A stretch of 42,288 nucleotides of DNA from a virus. This document shows positions 8,372-15,571 of this stretch, one piece after another. The notes under the pieces are model-generated. The model was given only the letters and a program-made list of their open reading frames with translations, was not told the DNA's origin and ran no database searches. A program made the position numbers and the translations under genes. Position 1 is the stretch's first letter, and each line of letters starts with the position of its first letter. The stretch lies in IMG/VR virus record IMGVR_UViG_3300027726_000002. One strand, 5' to 3'.

Positions 8372-8390
8372 AAACTTGTAAATTACAAGT
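8348..8390 (-). promoter_or_regulatory. Late-operon promoter P-late1: 17-bp perfect palindrome containing -35 TTGTAA, 17-bp spacer, -10 TATAAT, then N3-ATTAAT
   Basis: The minus strand reads ACTTGTAATTTACAAGT-TTATGACT-TATAAT-CCG-ATTAAT-ATG. The -35 is plus 8383-8388, the spacer is 8366-8382 (17 nt) and the -10 is plus 8360-8365. The same architecture recurs at 34106-34154. Confidence 0.55.
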
Positions 8391-8431
8391 ATGATTTATT
8401 GTAGAACGTTTTAGAACGGTAGATTAGAGTT

Positions 8432-8445
8432 TACCGTTTGCGGTA
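8432..8445. promoter_or_regulatory. Operator-like 14-bp palindrome TACCGTTTGCGGTA (O1)
   Basis: Inverted repeat TACCG-N4-CGGTA, ending 9 nt upstream of the -35 of the plus-strand promoter. A second copy lies 34 bp downstream. Confidence 0.5.
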
Positions 8446-8454
8446 GTTTGCCTA

Positions 8455-8483
8455 TTGACATTCATTACCGTGTGCGGTATTAT
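8455..8483 (+). promoter_or_regulatory. Sigma70-type promoter for plus-strand block 8523-9370
   Basis: TTGACA (8455-8460), a 17-nt spacer and TATTAT (8478-8483). It lies about 40 nt upstream of the first plus-strand ATG. Confidence 0.6.
8466..8479. promoter_or_regulatory. Operator-like 14-bp palindrome TACCGTGTGCGGTA (O2)
   Basis: Same TACCG-N4-CGGTA inverted repeat as O1. It occupies the promoter spacer and the first 2 nt of the -10. Confidence 0.5.
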
Positions 8484-8522
8484 ATAAACAGTTCAGACAA
8501 CAAAGAAACGGAGATAACGAAC

Positions 8523-8774
8523 ATGACCGACACAGCATTTATTAAACTTGGCGATACCCTGAAAGAACTCAACCACCAGGCATACCTGGCAGACAAACCT
8601 GGCTCAAACATGACCAGCGCACAGCGCACCCGGCTTAGCCAGCGAATACTGAATGTCCGATTGAACATCATGCGAATGGCTGCGGAAGATATGGTTAAGC
8701 GGTTTGGCAAGGCTGATGAATGGGCGCTCAAAGAGATCACCGATCTCGAAAAAGAAATCAAGTCGAATTTATAA
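8523..8774 (+). CDS. Hypothetical 83-aa protein
   Basis: ATG 8523 is preceded by ACGGAGATAACGAAC. It is the first gene after the sigma70-type promoter. Helical; no motif recognised. Confidence 0.55.
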   Translation: MTDTAFIKLGDTLKELNHQAYLADKPGSNMTSAQRTRLSQRILNVRLNIMRMAAEDMVKRFGKADEWALKEITDLEKEIKSNL

Positions 8775-8828
8775 CCCCCCCCCACCCGCCGGGCTGCGCA
8801 TGGCATAAACGCAGAGAGAGAGATAACG

Positions 8829-9038
8829 ATGAACGACCAAACCAAGTACAGCGTATGGAGTGACCTCAGCGGAAGATGGATAATCAATAACGCATCATGG
8901 CAAGATGCAATCAACCTGGCGCATTCGAACGTACAGCCATTTCACACTAACCGAGTATGCACGAGAACGTATAACCCGAAGTCTACCGGCTACGATTGCA
9001 CAGAATACTACCGAACCCTACCGAAATACAGAGGATAA
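8829..9038 (+). CDS. Hypothetical 69-aa protein
   Basis: The ATG is preceded by the purine-rich GAGAGAGAGATAACG. No motif recognised. Confidence 0.5.
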   Translation: MNDQTKYSVWSDLSGRWIINNASWQDAINLAHSNVQPFHTNRVCTRTYNPKSTGYDCTEYYRTLPKYRG

Positions 9039-9045
9039 TAACCCA

Positions 9046-9216
9046 ATGAACAAACCCAAGCAGCAAACCATGTTCCAAACAGAGGATCTCCCCCTGTTCA
9101 GTGGCACGGCTCCGACCGTGAAGGACGAGAAGTTTACCCCCACCCCCGTTGTAAAACAGTTGACCCTGGAAGAGAGCAAATCCAATGACCCTACTAACCA
9201 TTGCCCAAGCCTGTGA
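9046..9216 (+). CDS. Hypothetical 56-aa protein
   Basis: This uses an internal ATG of ORF 8905..9216 (MNKPKQQTMFQTEDLPLF), 7 nt after the previous stop and preceded by GAGGATAATAACCCA. Confidence 0.4.
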   Translation: MNKPKQQTMFQTEDLPLFSGTAPTVKDEKFTPTPVVKQLTLEESKSNDPTNHCPSL

Positions 9217-9370
9217 CCACGCAAAACATACCATCACCCCCCGGGGCCTGCGCTTCGCCTGTGCTGCGGGCCATGTCCCCGGCGCTCAGAAGGTTGGCCG
9301 GGATTGGATCCTCCCCTCCGATGGACTGGATCACTACCTCCAGAACAGGCCCAAACCCGGTCGCCACTAA
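9185..9370 (+). CDS. Excisionase/MerR-like HTH protein (putative Xis or regulator)
   Basis: LTIAQACDHAKHTITPRGLRFACAAGHVPGAQKVGRDWILP matches the excisionase-family HTH pattern (helix, then G-x-x-P, basic residue, R-W). It is followed by a terminator. Confidence 0.5.
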   Translation: MTLLTIAQACDHAKHTITPRGLRFACAAGHVPGAQKVGRDWILPSDGLDHYLQNRPKPGRH

Positions 9371-9375
9371 CCCCC

Positions 9376-9401
9376 AGCCCCCCGAAGACGGGGGCTTTTT
9401 T
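9376..9401 (+). terminator. Rho-independent terminator of the plus-strand block
   Basis: A 7-bp stem AGCCCCC/GGGGGCT with a 7-nt loop is followed by TTTTT. It starts 6 nt after the stop codon. Confidence 0.7.
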
Positions 9402-9402
9402 A

Positions 9403-9614
9403 ATGCAGGGTATGCAGGGTATGCAAGGTTATTTAATTTAATATATATATTTTTTAAAATTTTAAAAAAAACTATTTTTAATTAATAAACCCTGCATACC
9501 TTGCATACTATGCATAGTCTAACTATTGTACAGATAGTGTATAAAAATTCATGTCGTTTTCCGACATTTTTCAACCCGTTTCACATTAATAGAATAACCT
9601 TGCATACCTTGCAT
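9403..9614. repeat. Iteron-like 9-mers flanking an AT tract (candidate origin of replication)
   Basis: ATGCAGGGT, ATGCAGGGT and ATGCAAGGT lie in tandem at 9403-9429. The 59-bp tract 9430-9488 contains a single C. Inverted copies ACCCTGCAT, ACCTTGCAT and ACTATGCAT lie at 9489-9515. Two more ACCTTGCAT copies lie at 9597-9614. The region is non-coding, sits between convergent terminators and is next to the primase-helicase gene. Confidence 0.55.
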
Positions 9615-9640
9615 TAAATAAAAACTCCCCTTTCGGGGAG
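9612..9640 (-). terminator. Rho-independent terminator of the early (primase) operon
   Basis: The minus strand reads CTCCCC-GAAA-GGGGAG followed by TTTTTATTTAAT. The hairpin begins immediately after the primase stop codon. Confidence 0.7.
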
Positions 9641-11662
9641 TCAAATACTCTTTATTCTCAAGCCATCCCACACCATACCCGCCGGTATCTTACGTCGGGT
9701 AAACCCCAACCTCCGCCAGTCCATAGCAATCGACACGGAAGATTGCGCCTTCGTCCCGTTGTCATCGCACCATGTCCGGTATTGCCGGTATAACTCGCTG
9801 CTCGAAATGCTGAACTCCCGCCCCCGGATGCAGCACTCATCCACGAACACAGCCGGGATGTCGTTCGTCATCTGGAATAGACTGGTGGCATCGACTACCG
9901 ATTGCGGGATGTCAAACCCGCCATTCGCCTGGAGCCGGATCAACCCAGCCAATGCCCAGTTGAGTATCCCGCTCCCCTCTGTGCGGATAGTCAACTTGAC
10001 ATGCGGATTTCGCACCCCGCCTGGCAGTTCGGAAAACTCCACCACCTTCACCCGCCGGAATAGCCCATTGCTACCATCTCCCACCCGGGGCAGTTCATTC
10101 ATGGCCCAGCAGATTTTAGCATTAGATTGGATGGTGATTGGATCCCTAAACTTGCGGTCAACTGTCACCGATTCCCCACTGATCAAAGCGTTGACAATAT
10201 CCGTGGCCTGCATGTAAGTACTCGGTTGCTCCGTGCTTACCAGCAAAGTTTTATCCGGCAAGTCGGTCATACTAAAGCGGGATTTCTCCAGGTCTTTCAG
10301 CCCCAGCAGCCCCGCCCGTGTCCCTAACATGGCCTGCAACCCCTCGATATAGGTGCTTTTGCCGCTCCCCGCCGGACCATACAGCCACACAGCCAGCTCA
10401 TACTGGGTATCAATCGTCAACGCGTACCCGGCAAAGTCCTGTAGGAATTGCTCTTTGCCATTCAAAATCGTCTTGCAGTAATAATCCCAGGTGGGCGCAG
10501 TGGCATCCGGGTCATAGTCATAAGCCACCCCCGCTGTCAGGTAGTGGCTCTTATCGTGGGCGATCAATGTCATGGTCGGGATGTGCAATGTCCCGTTCTT
10601 GCATACGATCAAATCCTTATTGCTATTCCAGTTTTCGATTTCCACATTGGTTTTGATCCGGGCAATCTCCATGATGCTACGCAATTTCCAGGAGGTTGGC
10701 TTATACCCGTCCCGCTTTGCCTCCTCCATGATGTGCAGCAGCTCCAGTTCCACCCGGTCACGCGGGATAATCGGCCAACATCCCCCCGCATACCGCCGGA
10801 ATTCGCCCAACCCATAGGCGGTGTCTGGGTAGTTCTTCAGCCACAACGCCGCCAGTTCATCATCGGTTGGCACACTCCCCGCCGCATACCGCCCCACGCT
10901 ATTGGCGATCTTGCTCACCTCGCTGTCATCCAGAGGCGGGGCGCAGTATACCCGGTTATGCTCCCGCAATGCCGCCTCGATTGCGCTGGCGTCCAACCCC
11001 GCCCGGCGCATCCTCCCCGCCATCGTAGTCAGCGCGGTATTCCGTCCCCCCGCAGTGGAGTATTTCTTGGTGGTTGGCGCATCGGTCTTCTTTGCCACAT
11101 CCTTCCCCCCGATCAACGTGGATAACCACTCCGGCGCAGGCTGGGCAGTGTTCCCATCCGGTTCGCTGCTCGCCTCCCATTCGTACAGTCGCCCGCTCAT
11201 GTGATTGCTGGGTGGGAGGACAACAAACCCGCCATCCCCCCGGATGTCAATCCCCTGGCCGGGGTGGTTGGCGCGGGATTTCACCGCCTGGGCATAGGCG
11301 AAAAACAAATGTCGCCCCCCGCCTCCGGTCTGGCTCTCGATGGTGGCCTGCAATCGCCCGTGTTTCTGCTCCAGCAAGTCCAGGCTTTCATCCCCGCCAT
11401 GCCGGGGGTCGATGTCCAGCACCCACACCCCCGATACAGCACCCGTAGCCATCCCGATATTCGCGTCCGGCCATTGTCGCCACCACTTGTCAACCTGGGT
11501 GGTGTCTGTGGTCGCGTCGCTGATCCCGTGCATTGTGCGCGGGTGTTTACCTGGGCTGTCACAACTTTTCCCACACGTACAATGTCCGTTGGCAATGTTG
11601 TGTACCGGGAATATCGCCCATCCTTTTTGCGCGTACGTCAGTGCAGCAGTGTAGTTTGTCAA
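9641..11662 (-). CDS. Bifunctional primase-polymerase (Prim-Pol) fused to PriCT and D5/P4-type SF3 helicase
   Basis: The N-terminus has GWAIFPV, GKHPR, NIGMATGAVSGVWVLDIDPRHGG, TGGGGRHLFFAY and GIDIRGDGGFVVLPPSNH, which are Prim-Pol signatures. The middle has GGRNTALTTMAGRMRRAGL...DDSEVSKIANSV (PriCT-like). The C-terminus has the Walker A LYGPAGSGKST. The listed start is TTG. Confidence 0.9.
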   Translation of the reverse strand: MTNYTAALTYAQKGWAIFPVHNIANGHCTCGKSCDSPGKHPRTMHGISDATTDTTQVDKWWRQWPDANIGMATGAVSGVWVLDIDPRHGGDESLDLLEQKHGRLQATIESQTGGGGRHLFFAYAQAVKSRANHPGQGIDIRGDGGFVVLPPSNHMSGRLYEWEASSEPDGNTAQPAPEWLSTLIGGKDVAKKTDAPTTKKYSTAGGRNTALTTMAGRMRRAGLDASAIEAALREHNRVYCAPPLDDSEVSKIANSVGRYAAGSVPTDDELAALWLKNYPDTAYGLGEFRRYAGGCWPIIPRDRVELELLHIMEEAKRDGYKPTSWKLRSIMEIARIKTNVEIENWNSNKDLIVCKNGTLHIPTMTLIAHDKSHYLTAGVAYDYDPDATAPTWDYYCKTILNGKEQFLQDFAGYALTIDTQYELAVWLYGPAGSGKSTYIEGLQAMLGTRAGLLGLKDLEKSRFSMTDLPDKTLLVSTEQPSTYMQATDIVNALISGESVTVDRKFRDPITIQSNAKICWAMNELPRVGDGSNGLFRRVKVVEFSELPGGVRNPHVKLTIRTEGSGILNWALAGLIRLQANGGFDIPQSVVDATSLFQMTNDIPAVFVDECCIRGREFSISSSELYRQYRTWCDDNGTKAQSSVSIAMDWRRLGFTRRKIPAGMVWDGLRIKSI

Positions 11663-11683
11663 AGAATTTCCCTGTTCGATAGT

Positions 11684-12337
11684 CTACAATTCCTGTCCAT
11701 TTTCAGTATGTGCATTTTTTGCACCTACTGAAATCTCCATCATCATCCGCCTACCGATCCATTCCGTGTATGCAGGCGGAATTGCCTCTCGCACTTCATC
11801 GCGGGTCATAAACCAATCAATACCCATGCCCTCCGACATTTTTACAAGCTGGTCAGTTCCATAATGCCACGGGTCATACATACCCTTGTGGTGGTTGCAT
11901 GACGGAAGAAGCGCAAACGAGTTGAAACTAGTCTCAAATATCCTATGGCGTATCATTCCCAGCCCAAACATCGAACCGCACAACATAACGCTTATGTTCA
12001 ATGGCGCGCCCTCTACGTTCTCGATAACATACGGTTTACCGCTTGCAACAAGCAGCTGCCTTGTCGGGTCAATCAAGTCGGGCCATTTGTGCTTATTCTT
12101 TAGAATGTGTTGCATCGAAGAATAATGCTGACATGGCGGGCTGGCGTGGATAAAATCATATTCCGAGCCATGCTCCGCCAGGTATTCGAGCGCGTCCGCC
12201 TGGATAAACTTGAATGGATAATGCGGCTGAGGCTTGATGTCAATGCCGGTTATGTCATCAAATCCAGCGCGGTGGTAGCCCATTGCCGCACCGCCAGCAC
12301 CACAGAATAAGTCAAGGACACGCCAAACTTCGTTCAT
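11684..12337 (-). CDS. Compact DNA (cytosine-5) methyltransferase, 217 aa
   Basis: Motif I LDLFCGAGG, motif IV ASPPCQHYS, motif VI YVIENVEG and the motif X-like EAIPPAYTEWIG. The start is taken at ATG 12337 (MNEVWRVLD). It forms an ATGA overlap with the upstream stop and follows the SD GGAGGA. Confidence 0.85.
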   Translation of the reverse strand: MNEVWRVLDLFCGAGGAAMGYHRAGFDDITGIDIKPQPHYPFKFIQADALEYLAEHGSEYDFIHASPPCQHYSSMQHILKNKHKWPDLIDPTRQLLVASGKPYVIENVEGAPLNISVMLCGSMFGLGMIRHRIFETSFNSFALLPSCNHHKGMYDPWHYGTDQLVKMSEGMGIDWFMTRDEVREAIPPAYTEWIGRRMMMEISVGAKNAHTENGQEL

Positions 12338-12876
12338 AATTCCTCCGCCTCTACCACGTTCCCAATCGGCAAAGCCAGCGCCCTGCGCACCTCCAAAAAG
12401 CGGATGGTATCCCGGCGGTACTTCGTGATTAATACGCTGACCGCAAACAGGAACAGGATCACAGTCAACGCGGCCCCAAACCCTATCGCCAACCATAGCC
12501 CGGCCTGCCTCAATTGCATGTCCGCCGTCTTTTCTCGTAGCACCCTATCCGCCTCAAGTCGCTGCGCTTCGAGCGCCGCATCCAGGCTGGCTTGCGTTGC
12601 CCTTGCGCTCATCTCTACGCTGGCCGCCGTTGCGGTGGCTGCGCTTGCGGTCTCCATGACCTGCTGCGCCGCCTGTGTGACGGCCAGACGCTGCCAGTCC
12701 GCTTCGATGGCGGATTGCGTTGCCCTTGCTCGCTCCGCTTCGGCCTGTCTTGCCTGCGCCCGTGCCTGCGCCTCCGCCGCTTCCATGTCTGCGGCCATTG
12801 CGCGCAGACCGTCCGGCGTGGTCGGCATACAGGCGGACAGGATGAGCAACAGGATCAGGCACGGCAAGCGGGTCAT
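12334..12876 (-). CDS. Predicted lipoprotein with Ala/Gln/Glu-rich coiled coil and C-terminal TM anchor
   Basis: From ATG 12876 (ATGA overlap). MTRLPCLILLLILSAC is a signal peptide with lipobox L-S-A-C. A long A/Q/E/R coiled-coil-like region follows. The C-terminal TM is GLWLAIGFGAALTVILFLFAVSVLI. Confidence 0.65.
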   Translation of the reverse strand: MTRLPCLILLLILSACMPTTPDGLRAMAADMEAAEAQARAQARQAEAERARATQSAIEADWQRLAVTQAAQQVMETASAATATAASVEMSARATQASLDAALEAQRLEADRVLREKTADMQLRQAGLWLAIGFGAALTVILFLFAVSVLITKYRRDTIRFLEVRRALALPIGNVVEAEEL

Positions 12877-13028
12877 TTGTTGGTTATCTTCGCAGGTACT
12901 TTGACAGGCCAATCCGGAACGTGGATCCGCTCCGGCTCAGGCTCCGGAATTGTCGGTATCACGGCGGGTCGCTTGACGGGCGTTGGCACAACCCTGATAA
13001 TGCGCTTGATCTTTCCGATATTGCTCAT
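12873..13028 (-). CDS. Pro-rich 51-aa protein
   Basis: ATG 13028 forms an ATGA overlap with the upstream stop, and its own stop forms an ATGA overlap with the lipoprotein start. MSNIGKIKRIIRVVPTPVKRPAVIPTIPEPEPE. Confidence 0.45.
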   Translation of the reverse strand: MSNIGKIKRIIRVVPTPVKRPAVIPTIPEPEPERIHVPDWPVKVPAKITNK

Positions 13029-13729
13029 GATCCTCCTCCTGGCGGGTCTACCCATTGGTTGGCGATAGGACTTAGCACCTTAACGATCCTGGCATGTTCA
13101 ACGCGGAACAACGTATCCTCGCCCTCAGCCAGATCGCCCCAGCAGTGCGCCTGGATCAGAACGCTGTCTGGCCATCGCAGGTAGTGGGAGAGTAAGGGGT
13201 CGCGGAAATGCTTGCAGAAATAAATCCCATAATGATAATCTGTCAGGTCGGTTGGCTGTGGAAGCGGCCCGTTGGCGGTCAACTGGTTGCCATGCCATGT
13301 CGCCGGATACGAGATGCTCAGAAACTTGTTATTGACATAGCGCAGCACCTTATACCCGATAGCGAAATTATCCGGTGTGAATTGCAACACTGTCAACGGG
13401 TCGCTACTTACTGTGCGGGTGACAGGCTGTGATACAACGGGCCTCGGCGCAACGGGCGCTGCCTGCCGGATGATGATCGGCGCAGGTTGAACTGGCGCTG
13501 GTCTGGCGTTGAGCGTGTGCAATTCCTTAGCGATCTCTTCCAGCGCCTTGACCTGCCGGTATGCCAGCCTGTCCATGTCGATCCGGCGCTCTTGCTCCGG
13601 GTCAAGAATGCTGGACTGGCGATACACTACCGGCGCGGTCTGATAGTCATCGACCGGTTGAAGCGGGTAACACTCCAACCGATCAACGACATCATCAATA
13701 GCCTGCACTATCCGTGCAACAATGTTCAT
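13025..13729 (-). CDS. Hypothetical protein, 234 aa
   Basis: ATG 13729 overlaps the upstream stop (TGATG). It has a Pro/Ala/Val-rich linker and then a globular C-terminal domain. No motif recognised. Confidence 0.55.
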   Translation of the reverse strand: MNIVARIVQAIDDVVDRLECYPLQPVDDYQTAPVVYRQSSILDPEQERRIDMDRLAYRQVKALEEIAKELHTLNARPAPVQPAPIIIRQAAPVAPRPVVSQPVTRTVSSDPLTVLQFTPDNFAIGYKVLRYVNNKFLSISYPATWHGNQLTANGPLPQPTDLTDYHYGIYFCKHFRDPLLSHYLRWPDSVLIQAHCWGDLAEGEDTLFRVEHARIVKVLSPIANQWVDPPGGGS

Positions 13730-14268
13730 CAGTTCACGTTGAACATGCTGACATCGAATCCGACGATACATTCCTGGTAGAGTTCCTCGGCGCGGATTTT
13801 CTTGCGGTTATAGACTATCTCGTTGAATATGTTGCCCAGCGCGTAGTCCACCTTGCTGCAATAGAGATGCAGATCGGCGTTGACTTCTTCCCAGGGGACT
13901 TCGGTTAATTGTGGATGCGATTCCAGATAGTCTTGCTCGAACAGTTTCGAGCAGGTTTCCATGTAGCGCTGGTAGAGGTATTCCACACACTCAACGCTGC
14001 CTGGCGCGCCGGCAAGTTTGATTCCGTTGTCAGACCAGCCGATGCAATCATTGGCGTTGCAGATAATATGCAAGCCCCACATGGATGCGTCCAGGACGCG
14101 GTCGGGATCGGGGTCGATCTGCATGTCGACAATGACCGTCTCTCCGGTGCGTACCGGGTAAGTCCAGATCAGTTCCTGGGCTAGGGTGAAAGTCTCTTGC
14201 AACTCCATCGGTGTGGCAATAGGCTCTCGAAACAATACGTCCAACCTATTCTGTAATTCAGCGTTCAT
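13729..14268 (-). CDS. Hypothetical acidic protein, 179 aa
   Basis: The start is taken at ATG 14268 (MNAELQNRL), preceded by the SD AGGAGATAATA. The longer track ORF would run through a GC-rich hairpin. Confidence 0.55.
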   Translation of the reverse strand: MNAELQNRLDVLFREPIATPMELQETFTLAQELIWTYPVRTGETVIVDMQIDPDPDRVLDASMWGLHIICNANDCIGWSDNGIKLAGAPGSVECVEYLYQRYMETCSKLFEQDYLESHPQLTEVPWEEVNADLHLYCSKVDYALGNIFNEIVYNRKKIRAEELYQECIVGFDVSMFNVN

Positions 14269-14310
14269 TATTATCTCCTGTTCTTTCTGTGTCTGATAGT
14301 TCTGATTATT

Positions 14311-14364
14311 GGCGTGCATGCACGGGCAGGCATGACCTGTAGCGCGTGCACGCCCATGCACGCC
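14311..14364 (-). other. GC-rich nested palindrome / stem-loop in the largest early-operon gap
   Basis: GGCGTGCATG (14311-14320) pairs with CATGCACGCC (14355-14364). Inside are the self-complementary GTGCATGCAC and GCGTGCACGC. The structure starts 3 nt after the upstream stop. No U-tract follows. Confidence 0.5.
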
Positions 14365-14367
14365 CTC

Positions 14368-15021
14368 TTAGCGGGGGGGTTGCAACTCGCTCAGCCTGAC
14401 CCCTGCTATATCTCGCATGGTTGCTGCGCCCGTTCGCGTTAGGCGCGTTCCTGAAAACGTGGAACTAGGATTTTTCATCTCCGCCAGTCCCCTGGCAAGC
14501 ATTTCGTCAATGATGATCTTGTACTCTCGCTTTGAAAACGGTCTGCCCGATCCTGTCCAGTCGTCTACCGTCAGTGGAACTCCGTGTACAAGACCGGTCG
14601 CAAATTCCTTGAGTTTCTCTGGCGCTCCTGGCAACCGGGCTATGGTCTCATGCGTCCCGTCTGGGCTGATGATCCTGATGGTCTGGACTGGCTCCGGCTG
14701 GCCAACGTATGTATCCTGGTTGATGTCCAATCCCGTCCACCCTTCGATCTTGTACACCCAGCGATTCCATCGGTACAAAGAATAGAACCACGCAACCATC
14801 TGGACGCCAGTGAACGCTATTGCAGTAGCCTCCCAATGTTTCGGCCAGCCTGCGACCAACCATAATGTCAATACGAATAGCGCAACGAATACTCCCGCCC
14901 CTATCGCCTGAAGCGCCGGATAAACGAAGGCGACCTCGCGCGTGTGGAGATAGGCGTTGTCTGTAACCACGCCAACGCGCTGGTCAATCACTTGGTCATC
15001 GGTGTTAGCCGTGTAAGACAT
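14368..15021 (-). CDS. Membrane protein (2 TM) with C-terminal winged-helix-like domain
   Basis: TMs are AIGAGVFVALFVLTLWLVAGW and AIAFTGVQMVAWFYSLY. The C-terminus KREYKIIIDEMLARGLAEMKNPSSTFSGTRLTRTG is wHTH-like. SD AAGGTGAAGG. Confidence 0.55.
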   Translation of the reverse strand: MSYTANTDDQVIDQRVGVVTDNAYLHTREVAFVYPALQAIGAGVFVALFVLTLWLVAGWPKHWEATAIAFTGVQMVAWFYSLYRWNRWVYKIEGWTGLDINQDTYVGQPEPVQTIRIISPDGTHETIARLPGAPEKLKEFATGLVHGVPLTVDDWTGSGRPFSKREYKIIIDEMLARGLAEMKNPSSTFSGTRLTRTGAATMRDIAGVRLSELQPPR

Positions 15022-15571
15022 CCTTCACCTTGCCGTTCCCGTTCTTCCGCTCCGCCAACCGCCGGTACATTGTGCGTTGACTGACACCCTCCGCCGCCGC
15101 CAGTTCTGCAACTGACAACTTTTCGCCAACTGTCACCTTTGGCGTGTCAGTGACAGTTTCCGTGTCAGGCTGCTTTGCCTTTCTTGTCGTGGATTGCGGG
15201 TCAACTTTCGCCAGCCATGCCAGACTTGCAATAAGCAGCGGGATTGGCGCAGCCAGCCATATATCCCCGCCGTAGTATCGCCAGTGATAGGCGAAGCTGA
15301 TGGCAGTCATGACAATCGCAAATGTCCAGCGTGTCACAATTTGACCGGTCTTGCCGCCATCGTACCTGGCGGCAGCGCGCACCCATCTGTAGTGGCCCAA
15401 GTCCACTAACAGACCGATGATAACTGCGACAAACCAATGGTCACGCCCATTCAGCACCACCGCATAGTGGACTGCGCTTACGATGACCATGACCAAGACC
15501 AAGTCGCCATGCTCTAGCCAGTTGATGGCGGCATTCAGGGCGGCTCCCAGAAACGTGGTGATGGATTTCAC
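15005..15571 (-). CDS. Membrane protein (about 4 TM, DUF2637-like architecture) with C-terminal HTH
   Basis: The GTG 15571 start overlaps the upstream TGA (GTGA). Four hydrophobic segments are followed by LSVAELAAAEGVSQRTMYRRLAERK (HTH). Confidence 0.5.
   Translation of the reverse strand: MKSITTFLGAALNAAINWLEHGDLVLVMVIVSAVHYAVVLNGRDHWFVAVIIGLLVDLGHYRWVRAAARYDGGKTGQIVTRWTFAIVMTAISFAYHWRYYGGDIWLAAPIPLLIASLAWLAKVDPQSTTRKAKQPDTETVTDTPKVTVGEKLSVAELAAAEGVSQRTMYRRLAERKNGNGKVKDVLHG

Noticed and set aside
12334-12876. Annotating the lipoprotein/C-terminal-TM protein outright as a u-spanin.
   Set aside because: Only the two-anchor architecture matches. The protein is helical and Ala-rich rather than beta-rich. 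It is encoded in the early operon away from the lysis genes. The host envelope type is unknown. It is kept as a hypothesis only.
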